DNA from: a virus
Taxonomy: Duplodnaviria > Caudoviricetes
DNA length: 64,000 bases
IMG/VR virus record: IMGVR_UViG_3300033076_000638
Location: 2,887-66,886 of that record
Direction: 5' to 3' (one strand)
Shown here: piece by piece, positions 54,548 to 64,000 of the stretch
Layout of the letters: each line of letters opens with the position of its first letter
Numbering within the stretch: the first letter of the stretch is position 1
Position numbers and translations under genes: made by a program
The notes under the pieces: model-generated
What the model saw: only the letters and a program-made list of their open reading frames with translations
What the model was told of the DNA's origin: nothing
Databases searched by the model: none

Positions 54548-56244
54548 TTGATGATGATGATTATACCTTAGATGCCAAAGACTCTTATAGGGATAACCCT
54601 TTATTAAAAAAGGTTGGGGTCAAGGTCGAATGGACCGCAGAAACTATTGAAGAATATAAAAAGTGTGCAAAGGATCCAGTTTACTTTGCGGAGAACTATG
54701 TAACGATTGTTAACGTTGACGTAGGTCTGATGAAGTTTAAGATGTGGCCTTTTCAAAGGGACATGATTCGCACATACCATGAAAACAGATTCTCAATCAC
54801 AAAATGTCCTCGTCAGGTTGGTAAGACTACCACATCAGTTGCATATCTTCTTTGGTTAACACTATTCACAGACCAACAAAACGTGGCTGTTCTGGCCAAC
54901 AAAGGTTCACTTGCACGTGACATTCTGGGTAAATATCAATTGGCATATGAAAACTTACCTATGTGGTTGCAACAAGGTATTGTGGTATGGAACAAAGGTA
55001 ACGTTGAACTGGAGAACGGTTCTAAGATTGTTGCGGCATCCACATCTAGTTCTGCGGTTCGTGGAGGTTCTTTCAACCTAGTATTCTTGGACGAATTTGC
55101 GTTCGTTCCAAACAACATCGCAGAAGAATTCTTTAACTCTGTTTACCCTGTAATTTCATCTGGTAAAACTTCCAAGATTATTATCGTGTCTACACCAAAC
55201 GGTATGAACTTGTTCTACAAGTTGTGGATGGATTCTATCAATGGCAAGAACGGTTACAAGAACTTTGAAATTCATTGGTCAATGGTACCCGGTCGTGATG
55301 AGGCCTGGAAAGAAGAAACAATCCGCAACACAAGTGAACGTCAGTTTAGACAAGAATTTGAAACAGAGTTTTTGGGTTCATCCAATACTCTGGTATCTGG
55401 TTACAAGTTACAGACAATCGCATATCGTGATCCAGTGGTGATACACGACTTGTTAAAGATATATGAACACCCAGTCAAAGAGGCAAACGGTGCCAAATCA
55501 GACCACCTATATTGTATCTGTGTTGACGTATCTGAAGGTAAGAACCTAGACTACTCTGCATTCCAGGTTATTGATATATCAGAAACACCATACAAACAGG
55601 TCGCAACATATCACAGTTCGTCAATCACACCTATTTTATTCCCAACTGTTATCTACAACGCAGCCAGAATGTATAATGATGCGTATGTATTGGTAGAAAT
55701 TAACAACAATCCACAGGTGGCAGACTCACTTCACGCCGATTTTGAATATGAGAACTTGTGGAAAGTATACACAGGCAACAAGAAACCACAACAACTGTCG
55801 GCAGGTTTTGCCCGTGGTATTCAAATGGGTCTGAAAATGTCACCACAAGTTAAGGCAATTGGTTGTTCAAACCTTAAAACTTTGATTGAAGGTGACAAGT
55901 TATTAATTAATGACTTTGATACATACTCAGAGCTTACCACATTTGAACAACAAAAGAATTCTTTTGCGGCAGCTTTAGGTGCCAACGATGACTTGGTTAT
56001 GTCATTAGTTATTTTTGGTTGGGTATCAACTCAACAATACTTCAAAGAAATTGTAAATCACGATATACGTAAACAAATCCAACTGGAGAATATGAACCAG
56101 ATGGATGAAGATGTTTTACCAGCACCAATTATTGAGGACGGTCTAGAAACTCCATTTGAAATTATGGGTGGTGACGTATGGGAAGTTGCAAATGGTGGTG
56201 AAACGTATGCAGATTTTACAAGAAACATGTTAAACAGGTTGTAA
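54544..56244 (+). CDS. gp17: Terminase large subunit gp17
   Basis: Walker A CPRQVGKTT; Walker B LVFLDEFAF; VSTPNGMN; nuclease DVSEG..DYS and NDDLVM motifs. Confidence 0.98.
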   Translation: MIDDDDYTLDAKDSYRDNPLLKKVGVKVEWTAETIEEYKKCAKDPVYFAENYVTIVNVDVGLMKFKMWPFQRDMIRTYHENRFSITKCPRQVGKTTTSVAYLLWLTLFTDQQNVAVLANKGSLARDILGKYQLAYENLPMWLQQGIVVWNKGNVELENGSKIVAASTSSSAVRGGSFNLVFLDEFAFVPNNIAEEFFNSVYPVISSGKTSKIIIVSTPNGMNLFYKLWMDSINGKNGYKNFEIHWSMVPGRDEAWKEETIRNTSERQFRQEFETEFLGSSNTLVSGYKLQTIAYRDPVVIHDLLKIYEHPVKEANGAKSDHLYCICVDVSEGKNLDYSAFQVIDISETPYKQVATYHSSSITPILFPTVIYNAARMYNDAYVLVEINNNPQVADSLHADFEYENLWKVYTGNKKPQQLSAGFARGIQMGLKMSPQVKAIGCSNLKTLIEGDKLLINDFDTYSELTTFEQQKNSFAAALGANDDLVMSLVIFGWVSTQQYFKEIVNHDIRKQIQLENMNQMDEDVLPAPIIEDGLETPFEIMGGDVWEVANGGETYADFTRNMLNRL

Positions 56245-56255
56245 ATCCAGCCTTT

Positions 56256-56263
56256 CATAAATA
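56256..56263 (+). promoter_or_regulatory. Late promoter (CATAAATA) before gp18
   Basis: Intergenic, upstream of the AAGGAG RBS and ATG 56317. Confidence 0.65.
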
Positions 56264-56316
56264 TCTCTATGGTATAGAACTACCAGTAGAACACATAATA
56301 ATTCAAGGAGAAAAAA

Positions 56317-57999
56317 ATGGCGTTTCAAATCTCTCCAGGCGTAAACGTTTCAGAAGTTGACCAAACAACCGTTGTTCCTTCTGTTCTAACTACAGCTGGC
56401 GCATATGCTGGGGCATTTAAGTGGGGCCCAGCAGACACAATTACACAAGTTGACAATGAAATTACACTTGCAAGTCGTTTCGGTAAACCAGATTCTAACA
56501 CAGCAACATCATTCTTTACTGCTGCCAACTTCTTGGCATATGGTAATAACTTGAATATTGTTCGTGCAGTAGCTTCAACAGCCAGAAATGCAACAGGTTC
56601 AACTACTGTTTTAATTAAAAACAAAGACGTATTCGAAGCATCTTACTTAAACCAAAACAATAGTGGTACATATGGTTCGTTTGTTGCACGTTATCCAGGT
56701 GCAATAGGTAACTCATTACAAGTTGCAGTATGTGATAACGCAACAGACTTTGCAACATGGACATACAAATCTTATTTCACATCTGCACCAGGTACTTCTG
56801 ACCAAGCTGACACAGCAGGTGGTTCAGCAGACGAAATGCACATTGTTGTTATTGATGAAAACGGTTTGTTTACTGGTACAGCAGGTACAGTATTGGAAAC
56901 ATATGCATTCGTTTCTAAGGCATCTGACGCAGTTATCAATGGTGTATCAAATTACTGGAAACAAGTAATATTCAATAACTCAAAATACATCTATGCGATT
57001 GACCCACCAGACTATTCAACTCAAGTTGTAACATGGGGCCGTCCATCTTCAACCGCATTTACTTCATTGCCAGCTGCAGAATTGATTTCTCTTGCTGGTG
57101 GTATTGATGCAACACCTACCGAAGGTAACGTTGAATCTGCATACGATAAGTTTAACAATAAAGAAGTTGTTGATGTATCATTGTTGTTGACCGGTGGTCA
57201 TGGTGCCAACGTACAAAACTATGTAATCACATCAATTGCTGCATCACGTGCAGACTGTGTGGCATTTGTTTCTCCACCATCTACTGCGGTAGTTAATAAC
57301 GCTGGTAGCGAAACATCAAGCATCACTTCTTGGTTGACTTCTTTGGGTACAACATCTACATATGCAGTTGCTGATTCTGGTTACAAATACCAGTACGACA
57401 AGTACAACAACACATATCGTTGGATTCCATTGAACGCTGACATTGCTGGTCTATGTGTATATACAGACACAGTTCGTGACCCATGGTTCTCACCAGCTGG
57501 TCTAAGTCGTGGTCAAATTAAAAATGCCATCAAGTTGGCATGGAACCCAAACAAAACACAACGTGACACATTGTATGCTGCAGGCGTAAACCCTGTTGTA
57601 TCTTTCCCTGGTCAAGGTATCGTGTTGTTTGGTGACAAGACATTGACAAACAAACCATCTGCATTTGACCGAATCAACGTTCGTAGATTGTTCTTGGTAT
57701 TGGAAAAATCAATTGCGGCAGCTGCCAAATATTCTATGTTTGAACAAAACGATGAATTCACACGTGCTCAGTTTGTATCTACTGTAACTCCATTCTTGCG
57801 TGACGTTCAAGGTCGCCGTGGCATTACAGACTTCAAAGTGGTTTGTGACACAACAAATAACACATCACAAGTTATTGACTCTAACCAGTTTGTTGGTGAC
57901 ATTTATATTAAGCCTTCTCGTTCAGTTAACTACATTCAATTGAACTTTGTTGCTGTTGGTACTGGTGTAGACTTCAATACCATCGTTGGTGTGGCTTAA
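56317..57999 (+). CDS. gp18: Tail sheath protein gp18
   Basis: SPGVNVSEVD; PWFSPAGLSRG; SAFDRINVRRLFL; IYIKPSRSVNYIQLNFVA. Confidence 0.98.
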   Translation: MAFQISPGVNVSEVDQTTVVPSVLTTAGAYAGAFKWGPADTITQVDNEITLASRFGKPDSNTATSFFTAANFLAYGNNLNIVRAVASTARNATGSTTVLIKNKDVFEASYLNQNNSGTYGSFVARYPGAIGNSLQVAVCDNATDFATWTYKSYFTSAPGTSDQADTAGGSADEMHIVVIDENGLFTGTAGTVLETYAFVSKASDAVINGVSNYWKQVIFNNSKYIYAIDPPDYSTQVVTWGRPSSTAFTSLPAAELISLAGGIDATPTEGNVESAYDKFNNKEVVDVSLLLTGGHGANVQNYVITSIAASRADCVAFVSPPSTAVVNNAGSETSSITSWLTSLGTTSTYAVADSGYKYQYDKYNNTYRWIPLNADIAGLCVYTDTVRDPWFSPAGLSRGQIKNAIKLAWNPNKTQRDTLYAAGVNPVVSFPGQGIVLFGDKTLTNKPSAFDRINVRRLFLVLEKSIAAAAKYSMFEQNDEFTRAQFVSTVTPFLRDVQGRRGITDFKVVCDTTNNTSQVIDSNQFVGDIYIKPSRSVNYIQLNFVAVGTGVDFNTIVGVA

Positions 58000-58005
58000 T
58001 AAATA
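57998..58005 (+). promoter_or_regulatory. Late promoter (AATAAATA) before gp19
   Basis: TAAATA core upstream of the AGGAG RBS. Confidence 0.55.
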
Positions 58006-58026
58006 AATCATAACTAGGAGATTACA

Positions 58027-58569
58027 ATGGCATTTAACGTAGCAGAATTTAGAGCGAACATGGTTGGAGACGGTGCCCGTCCTAACCTGTTTCAAGTCTC
58101 TCTAACATTCCCAGCATTAGTTACAAACGGTGTTGCTGCTAGCCAAAAGGCAACTTTCATGGCTAAAGCTGCACAACTACCAGGTTCAACCGTAGGTATG
58201 GTCACAGTACCATACTTTGGTCGTGAACTGAAGTTTGCAGGTAACAGAACTTTCCCAGACTGGACAATTACAATCATCAACGATGAAGATTTCACTATTA
58301 GAAATACTATGGAATCTTGGTTGAACGCAATTAACAGTCATGCTGGAAACGTTCGTGACGGCGCAGCAACAAACCCATCCAGTTACTCTGTTGATGCTGA
58401 AGTGATTCAGTATGGCAAAGCTGGTAATGAGTTGAAGCGTTACAAGTTTGTGGGTATGTTCCCTCAAGATGTGGCACCAATTGACTTAGATTGGGGTTCA
58501 AATGATACTATCGAAGAATTCGCAGTAACATTTGCATATCAATATTGGGAAGCAGAAACAACAACCTAA
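58027..58569 (+). CDS. gp19: Tail tube protein gp19
   Basis: GARPNLFQV; VPYFGRELKFAGNRTFPDWTITIIND; IEEFAVTFAYQYWE. Confidence 0.97.
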   Translation: MAFNVAEFRANMVGDGARPNLFQVSLTFPALVTNGVAASQKATFMAKAAQLPGSTVGMVTVPYFGRELKFAGNRTFPDWTITIINDEDFTIRNTMESWLNAINSHAGNVRDGAATNPSSYSVDAEVIQYGKAGNELKRYKFVGMFPQDVAPIDLDWGSNDTIEEFAVTFAYQYWEAETTT

Positions 58570-58580
58570 TGACTCTATAT

Positions 58581-58608
58581 AAGGAGGGCTTCGGTCCTCC
58601 TTTTATGT
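58581..58608 (+). terminator. Rho-independent terminator with cUUCGg tetraloop
   Basis: Stem AAGGAGGGC / GTCCTCCTT (9 bp including one G-U), loop TTCG, followed by a T-rich tail. Confidence 0.9.
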
Positions 58609-58637
58609 TTTCTTGATTTTATTATTACTTAAAAAAT

Positions 58638-60365
58638 ATGGCACAAAATAACAAATTTTCACTTTTCGGTTTTACCATTTCTCGTGACGAGAAAGAACAG
58701 CAGACTGCTGTTGAAAAGTCGTTTACGCCTCCGACCTCGGAAGATGGCGCATTAACTATACAATCTGCCGCATATTACGGCACATACGTTGACCTAGACG
58801 GTACAGCAAAGAATGAGGTAGAACTCATTTCTCGTTACCGTGAAATGGCAATGCAACCAGAAATCGAATCAGCAATAGATGATATAGTTAATGAAGCTAT
58901 TTGTCAAGATGATGTTGGTACAACCATTCGTATTGTTTTGGATGAGTTGAAACAACCAGAAAAAATTAAGAACGCAATCAAAGCAGAGTTCAATACCATT
59001 TTGCGTTTGATGAACTACAATAATATGGCACAAGATATCTTCCGTAGATATTATGTGGATGGTAGAATGTATTACCACGTTATTATTGATAGAGAAAATC
59101 CAACAGAAGGTATTAAAGAACTTCGTTACGTTGATCCACGCAAACTTCGTAAAGTTCGTGAAATCAAAAAACAAAAGGATGAAAAAACTGGTGCAGAGGT
59201 TATTCTGCCAGTTAATGAATACTACATCTACAACGACAAGGTGACAACCGGTTCTTCATCGAACTACGGACCTGTCGGTGTAAGAATCACCACGGATTCC
59301 ATCGTTTCGGTGGTTTCTGGACTTATGGATTCACGTAGAGCTGTCGTTCTGAGTTATCTACATAAAGCAATCAAGCCTCTCAACCAATTGCGTATGATTG
59401 AGGATGCAACGGTCATTTACCGTATTTCGAGAGCTCCAGAACGCCGCATTTTCTACATTGACGTTGGTAATTTACCAAAGTTGAAAGCAGAACAATACCT
59501 ACGTGACATTATGGTTAAGTACAAAAACAAGTTGGTATACGATGCCAACACAGGTGAAGTACGTGATGACCGTAAATTCATGTCTATGATGGAAGACTTC
59601 TGGTTACCTCGCCGTGAAGGTGGTAAAGGTACAGAAATCACCACTCTACCTGGTGGTCAAAACTTGGGTGAGTTGGAAGATGTTAAGTATTTCCAAAAGA
59701 AATTGTATGGTGCGTTGAACGTACCTATCTCCCGTTTGGAACCAAATCAAGGTTTCTCTTTGGGTCGTGTGTCTGAAATCACACGTGACGAATTAAAATT
59801 CTCTAAGTTTGTAGATAGAATCCGCAACAAGTTTGCAGAAGTGTTTGACCAGGCTTTGCGTGTACAATGTGTACTGAAAGGTATTTGTACAGCAGAAGAA
59901 TGGGATTCATTCAAAGAAAACATTTACTACGACTACATCAAAGACAATAACTTCACAGAACTAAAAGAAGCAGAATTGATGCGTGAACGTTTGAGTCTGT
60001 TGGCTGAAATCGACCCATATACTGGTCGTTACTTCTCACAAAATTGGATTCAAAAGAACGTGTTGCGTCTTACTGATGACCAAATTGAAGAAATGCAATC
60101 CGAAATTGATGCCGAGAAAGAAGAAGGTCTTGGTATACCAGTTGAAGTTACCAACCAAGTTGCACAAGCACAGATGGTTGGCCAAGTGGATGCAGAGAAT
60201 CAACTTGCAATGGCACAAGCAATGCCGCAAGACCAAGGCGCAGGTTCATCTGGTGGTTCATCAAGTAGTTCAAAGCCTAAACCAAAAACTGAAGATAAGA
60301 AAACAGTAAAAGGTGATTTGAGTTTGGAAAATACAACCTTCAGTAAACTGAAGCGTATTCTATAA
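58638..60365 (+). CDS. gp20: Portal protein gp20
   Basis: YREMAMQPEIESAIDDIVNE; YRISRAPERRIFYIDVGNLPK; EDFWLPRREGGKGTEITTLPGG. Confidence 0.98.
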   Translation: MAQNNKFSLFGFTISRDEKEQQTAVEKSFTPPTSEDGALTIQSAAYYGTYVDLDGTAKNEVELISRYREMAMQPEIESAIDDIVNEAICQDDVGTTIRIVLDELKQPEKIKNAIKAEFNTILRLMNYNNMAQDIFRRYYVDGRMYYHVIIDRENPTEGIKELRYVDPRKLRKVREIKKQKDEKTGAEVILPVNEYYIYNDKVTTGSSSNYGPVGVRITTDSIVSVVSGLMDSRRAVVLSYLHKAIKPLNQLRMIEDATVIYRISRAPERRIFYIDVGNLPKLKAEQYLRDIMVKYKNKLVYDANTGEVRDDRKFMSMMEDFWLPRREGGKGTEITTLPGGQNLGELEDVKYFQKKLYGALNVPISRLEPNQGFSLGRVSEITRDELKFSKFVDRIRNKFAEVFDQALRVQCVLKGICTAEEWDSFKENIYYDYIKDNNFTELKEAELMRERLSLLAEIDPYTGRYFSQNWIQKNVLRLTDDQIEEMQSEIDAEKEEGLGIPVEVTNQVAQAQMVGQVDAENQLAMAQAMPQDQGAGSSGGSSSSSKPKPKTEDKKTVKGDLSLENTTFSKLKRIL

Positions 60366-60368
60366 ATA
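60361..60368 (+). promoter_or_regulatory. Late promoter, exact TATAAATA
   Basis: Perfect T4 late consensus overlapping the gp20 stop codon. Confidence 0.75.
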
Positions 60369-60388
60369 TTTTATATGGAGAAAAAATT

Positions 60389-60586
60389 ATGTCAGATATA
60401 ACAAAAGCAATCGTAGACTATGCAGAAGAAGATAACGCAAAAGATATGCGTGATGCTTTGTATTCTGCCATTCAAGACCGAGTAATGGCACATATTGATG
60501 CAAAGAAACAAGAGATTGCACAGAATTTAATTAATCCACAAGTAGACATTGCAACTGAAGTGGATACAGAAGTTGCAGCCGAATAA
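60389..60586 (+). CDS. Small acidic prohead core protein (gp67-like position)
   Basis: 65 aa, acidic, helical, directly after gp20; GGAG RBS. Confidence 0.65.
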   Translation: MSDITKAIVDYAEEDNAKDMRDALYSAIQDRVMAHIDAKKQEIAQNLINPQVDIATEVDTEVAAE

Positions 60587-60598
60587 TAGGAAAAACAA

Positions 60599-61126
60599 AT
60601 GGCAAACTCATACGATTATCAAGTAATCAAAGATACAACAGAACATACTGTTATTAAATTAACAGCATCTTTTGACGGTTCTGGTCAAGAATCTAACGCA
60701 GTTCGTATCCAAGCAAACACACTTTATGGTGCATTGGCAACAAACGGTTATCTTGTTGCTAACAGTCAAGGTGGTGCAGCTAATACAACATTGTCTTACT
60801 ACGGACTTGCATTGAACCGTTTGTGGTATGATTGTTCAGTTACAGGCGATGTTCAATTAACATGGAACGCAGCAACACCAAAAACACTCATGTTCTTGAA
60901 TGGTAATGGTGAGTTTGACGGTATGGGCAACTGGACAACTATTCCAAACAACGCAGCAGGAACATCCGGTTGCAAAGGTGATATTGGTGTCGTAACTAGA
61001 GGCATGGTTTCTGGTGACAGTTACACAATCGTTATAGAACTACGCAAAGACAATGCTCACTATCAACGTGGTCAGTTCAATGATCCTGCAGCATTCAACT
61101 ATGCACCATACAACCTACGTCCTTAA
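60599..61126 (+). CDS. Hypothetical beta-rich protein in the head cluster
   Basis: 175 aa ORF with AGGA RBS; no recognised motif. Confidence 0.75.
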   Translation: MANSYDYQVIKDTTEHTVIKLTASFDGSGQESNAVRIQANTLYGALATNGYLVANSQGGAANTTLSYYGLALNRLWYDCSVTGDVQLTWNAATPKTLMFLNGNGEFDGMGNWTTIPNNAAGTSGCKGDIGVVTRGMVSGDSYTIVIELRKDNAHYQRGQFNDPAAFNYAPYNLRP

Positions 61127-61135
61127 GGATAACAA

Positions 61136-61780
61136 ATGAAACTCATTAAAGAAATTACCGAATCGGTAAATTACTTAACAGAAGAAAAAGACGGCAAAAA
61201 GACCCTTTACATTGAGGGTCCTTTCCTTGTGTCTGAAGCTGTTAATAAAAACAAACGCATGTATAAAGAAGAAACCATGAGAAAAGAGGTTGCTCGTTAT
61301 ACAGAAGAAGCTATTTCTAAAAATCGTGCCTTTGGTGAACTGGGACATCCAGACACCCCATCTATTAATCTTGACCGTGTATCACACTTAATCGTTGGTC
61401 TACGTCAAGAAGGTAATGTTTGGATAGGCAAAGCTAAAATTCTTGAAACACCAATGGGAAACATTGCAAGACAATTAATCGAAGGTGGTGGCCAACTAGG
61501 CGTATCATCACGTGGTCTTGGTTCTTTGAAAACTGTTAACGGTGTAAACATAGTTCAAGATGACTTCCATCTTGCCACAGCGGCAGATATTGTAGCAGAC
61601 CCTTCCGCACCTGGTGCTTTTGTACAAGGTCTAATGGAAGGTAAAGAGTGGATGTTGGTAAATGGTGTATGGACTGAACAAAATTACGAAGAAGCAAGAC
61701 AAGAAATTCGTCAAGCTTCTCGTCAACAAATTGAAGAAGTAAGTCTACGCATCTTCCAAAACTTCCTGAAAAAACTTTAA
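61136..61780 (+). CDS. gp21: Prohead protease gp21
   Basis: LYIEGPFL..NKNKRMY; AFGELGHP; LGVSSRGLGS; ADIVADPSAPGAFV. Confidence 0.97.
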   Translation: MKLIKEITESVNYLTEEKDGKKTLYIEGPFLVSEAVNKNKRMYKEETMRKEVARYTEEAISKNRAFGELGHPDTPSINLDRVSHLIVGLRQEGNVWIGKAKILETPMGNIARQLIEGGGQLGVSSRGLGSLKTVNGVNIVQDDFHLATAADIVADPSAPGAFVQGLMEGKEWMLVNGVWTEQNYEEARQEIRQASRQQIEEVSLRIFQNFLKKL

Positions 61781-61781
61781 T

Positions 61782-61789
61782 TATAAATA
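61782..61789 (+). promoter_or_regulatory. Late promoter, exact TATAAATA, before gp22
   Basis: Perfect consensus upstream of the AAGGAG RBS. Confidence 0.75.
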
Positions 61790-61819
61790 TCCAATATAAA
61801 AATCAAGGAGATTCTCAAA

Positions 61820-63085
61820 ATGGGAAAATTAAATCTGACAGACGCCGCTAAAGCAATTTTGACAGAAGGTTCAAAAGAAAATCTTGAAGCTTCTGTACGT
61901 AGTGGCCACAAAGATGCACCAGCTAAGTTGCCTACATCAGTTGCATATGGCACAAAAGATGTTGGTGAAGTTGCAGACGTTGTTGATAAAAAAGATGACG
62001 ATAAGCCAGACTACACAAAAGGTACACCAACAGCAACACCTCCAGGTGCAACACCACCAGTTGGCGCACAACCTGCAGCTAAGTTGACAGGTCAACCACA
62101 AGAAACACAAGGTGCTGCACAAGCAACACCACAAGCAGATGCAACAGACTACGCATCTATCCGTGACCGTGTTAAGGCACGTTTGGCACAACAAACATTC
62201 CAATCTAACCCAGGCGCAACATTCCAATCTTACGGTGAAGAAACTGAAGAAGTGGAAGGTGACTTGGTAGAAGAAGAAAAAGAAGGTCACGAAGACGCAG
62301 CCGAAGACAAGAAAATGATTAAGGCTATGATGAAGAAACAAAAAGTCAAAGAAGATATGGAAGCTGACGTTTCTGCTCTTCTATCTGGCGAAGAATTGTC
62401 AGAAGAATTCAAAGACAAAGCCACTACAATTTTTGAAGCTGCCGTTATCGCACGCTCACAATCTATCGTAGAAGAAATCGAAGAAGCTTTGTTTGAAGAA
62501 TTCGAAGTTGCAGTTGAACAAGTCAAAGAAGAATTGGCTGTTAAACTAGATGACTACATCAACTACATGGCAGAAGAATGGGTTAAAGACAACCAAATCG
62601 CAATCGAAAAAGGTCTACGTGCTGAAATCGTGGAAGACTTTATTGCTGGTCTACACAACTTGTTCAAAGAACACTACATCGAAATCCCAGAAGAAAAAGT
62701 GGACGTAGTAGAAGAATTGACAAACAAAGTGGAAGAATTGGAATCTGAATTGAATGAATCTATTCAATCAGCAGTTAACCTACGCAAAGAATTGAACGAA
62801 CAAAAGAAAAATGAGGCTATACATGCAGTATGTGAAGGCCTAACACAGACACAGGTAGAAAAATTGAAAGCACTTGCAGAAGGTGTTGAGTTTACTACTG
62901 ATGAAGAATTCGCAGACAAACTGGTAACTATCAGAGAATCTTACTTCTCTACAGCAGTTAAATCAGCAGATACTTCCGCTCTGAATGAAGAAGTGCATAT
63001 CGAAGATGACAAGAAGGCATCACCTGCTGTCGATCCAATGATTGCACAATATGCTCAAACAATCTCAAAAACTTTGGTAAAATAA
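61820..63085 (+). CDS. gp22: Prohead core scaffold protein gp22
   Basis: LSEEFKDKATTIFEAAV; LDDYINYMAEEWVKDNQIAIEKGLRAEIVEDFI; KLVTIRESYF. Confidence 0.95.
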   Translation: MGKLNLTDAAKAILTEGSKENLEASVRSGHKDAPAKLPTSVAYGTKDVGEVADVVDKKDDDKPDYTKGTPTATPPGATPPVGAQPAAKLTGQPQETQGAAQATPQADATDYASIRDRVKARLAQQTFQSNPGATFQSYGEETEEVEGDLVEEEKEGHEDAAEDKKMIKAMMKKQKVKEDMEADVSALLSGEELSEEFKDKATTIFEAAVIARSQSIVEEIEEALFEEFEVAVEQVKEELAVKLDDYINYMAEEWVKDNQIAIEKGLRAEIVEDFIAGLHNLFKEHYIEIPEEKVDVVEELTNKVEELESELNESIQSAVNLRKELNEQKKNEAIHAVCEGLTQTQVEKLKALAEGVEFTTDEEFADKLVTIRESYFSTAVKSADTSALNEEVHIEDDKKASPAVDPMIAQYAQTISKTLVK

Positions 63086-63088
63086 ATA
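63081..63088 (+). promoter_or_regulatory. Late promoter (AATAAATA) before gp23
   Basis: Overlaps the gp22 stop; upstream of the AAGGAG RBS. Confidence 0.6.
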
Positions 63089-63128
63089 AAATACCAAAAA
63101 AACAGGTACTTACAAGGAGAACTACTAA

Positions 63129-64000
63129 ATGTACTTAACAGAAGAACTACAAAAGAAATGGCAACCAGTTCTGGAACACCCAGAATTAGAAGCGATTAAA
63201 GATCCATACAAGAAAGCTGTTACAGCTTTGGTTTTGGAAAACCAACAACAAGCGTTGGCTGAAACAGCTCAACAATTGAACGAAACAACATACAGCGCAG
63301 CACCTACAAACGTGACTGGCTCTGGTGTTCAAAACTACGACCCAATCTTGATTAGCTTGGTTCGCCGTGCATTGCCAAACTTGATTGCTTATGACGTTGC
63401 TGGCGTTCAGCCAATGACAGGCCCAACAGGTTTGATTTTCGCAATGCGTGCTCGTTACAATGCACAATCTGGTGCTACTGCTAACGCAAACGAAGCATTC
63501 TACAACGAAGCTAACACATTGTTCTCAGGTGCTGGTTCATCTGGTAACTTGTACGGTTTCCGTGGTAACAATGCAACAGATATCGTTACAAACACTGGTG
63601 CAGACTTGACAGCTAACAGTTTCACAACTGGTATCGGCATGTCTACAAGCACTGCTGAAGGTTTGGGTGCAGACACTTCAACAGGTATGTTCAATCAAAT
63701 GGCTTTCTCTATCGAGAAGGTAACTGTTACTGCTCAAAGCCGTGCTTTGAAGGCAGAATACTCACTTGAATTGGCACAAGACTTGAAGGCAATCCATGGT
63801 TTGGATGCTGAAACAGAATTGTCTAACATTCTGTCAACAGAAATCTTGGCTGAAATCAACCGTGAAGTTATCCGTACAATCTATACTTGCGCTGTTGCTG
63901 GTGCTCAGTATGGTGTTACAAACGCTGGTGCTTTCGACTTGGACACAGACTCTAACGGTCGTTGGTCTGTTGAACGTTTCAAAGGTTTGATTTTCCAAAT
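63129..64000 (+). CDS. gp23: Major capsid protein gp23 (3' truncated; absent from the ORF track)
   Basis: Manual translation from ATG 63129: MYLTEELQKKWQPVLEHPEL..NYDPILISLVRRALPNLIAYDVAGVQPMTGPTGLIFAMRARY..SRALKAEYSLELAQDLKAIHGLDAETELSNILSTEILAEINREV. Confidence 0.98.
   Translation, partial: MYLTEELQKKWQPVLEHPELEAIKDPYKKAVTALVLENQQQALAETAQQLNETTYSAAPTNVTGSGVQNYDPILISLVRRALPNLIAYDVAGVQPMTGPTGLIFAMRARYNAQSGATANANEAFYNEANTLFSGAGSSGNLYGFRGNNATDIVTNTGADLTANSFTTGIGMSTSTAEGLGADTSTGMFNQMAFSIEKVTVTAQSRALKAEYSLELAQDLKAIHGLDAETELSNILSTEILAEINREVIRTIYTCAVAGAQYGVTNAGAFDLDTDSNGRWSVERFKGLIFQ

Noticed and set aside
54544-64000. Inteins, introns or homing endonucleases in gp17-gp23
   Set aside because: The ORFs are continuous and near expected sizes; no LAGLIDADG, HNH, GIY-YIG or intein motifs were seen.
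1-64000. Stop-codon reassignment
   Set aside because: Long core genes translate intact in the standard code and end at TAA or TGA with tight gene packing.
1-64000. Host assignment (e.g. freshwater Betaproteobacteria or cyanobacteria)
   Set aside because: No host-diagnostic genes are in this window; it would need gp23/gp20 phylogeny or spacer matches.
1-64000. tRNA, rRNA or integrase genes
   Set aside because: Intergenic gaps are under 100 nt and show no cloverleaf, and no recombinase motifs appear in the ORFs.

Overview
All 64 kb is the virion-morphogenesis region of a T4-like myovirus, and every credible gene is on the + strand. The baseplate block has the cyanophage-type layout: gp48, gp53, hub, a split gp5, gp25, gp6, gp7-like, gp8 and a VrlC-like protein. 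About 30 kb of fibre and adhesin genes follow (20.7-50.3 kb), then the neck, packaging, tail and head genes gp13-gp23, with gp23 running off the window end. T4-type late promoters (NNTAAATA) punctuate the region and a cUUCGg terminator follows gp19. I found no tRNA, rRNA, CRISPR array, integrase, intron, intein or reverse transcriptase. The main signal is in the fibre cluster, where several proteins use a shared Ala-x-x-Ala heptad stalk (AN-x-A-[YF] repeats). Short motifs in one gene are repeatedly matched by a particular N-terminal domain in a downstream gene: three pair types recur 2-3 times each and two more occur once. I infer a peptide-domain docking code that assembles a branched adhesin tree tipped with polyglycine, C1q and 8x LamG heads. 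The motif recurrence is visible in the sequence. The physical interactions are inference and untested, and all family assignments come from motif recognition without database searches.
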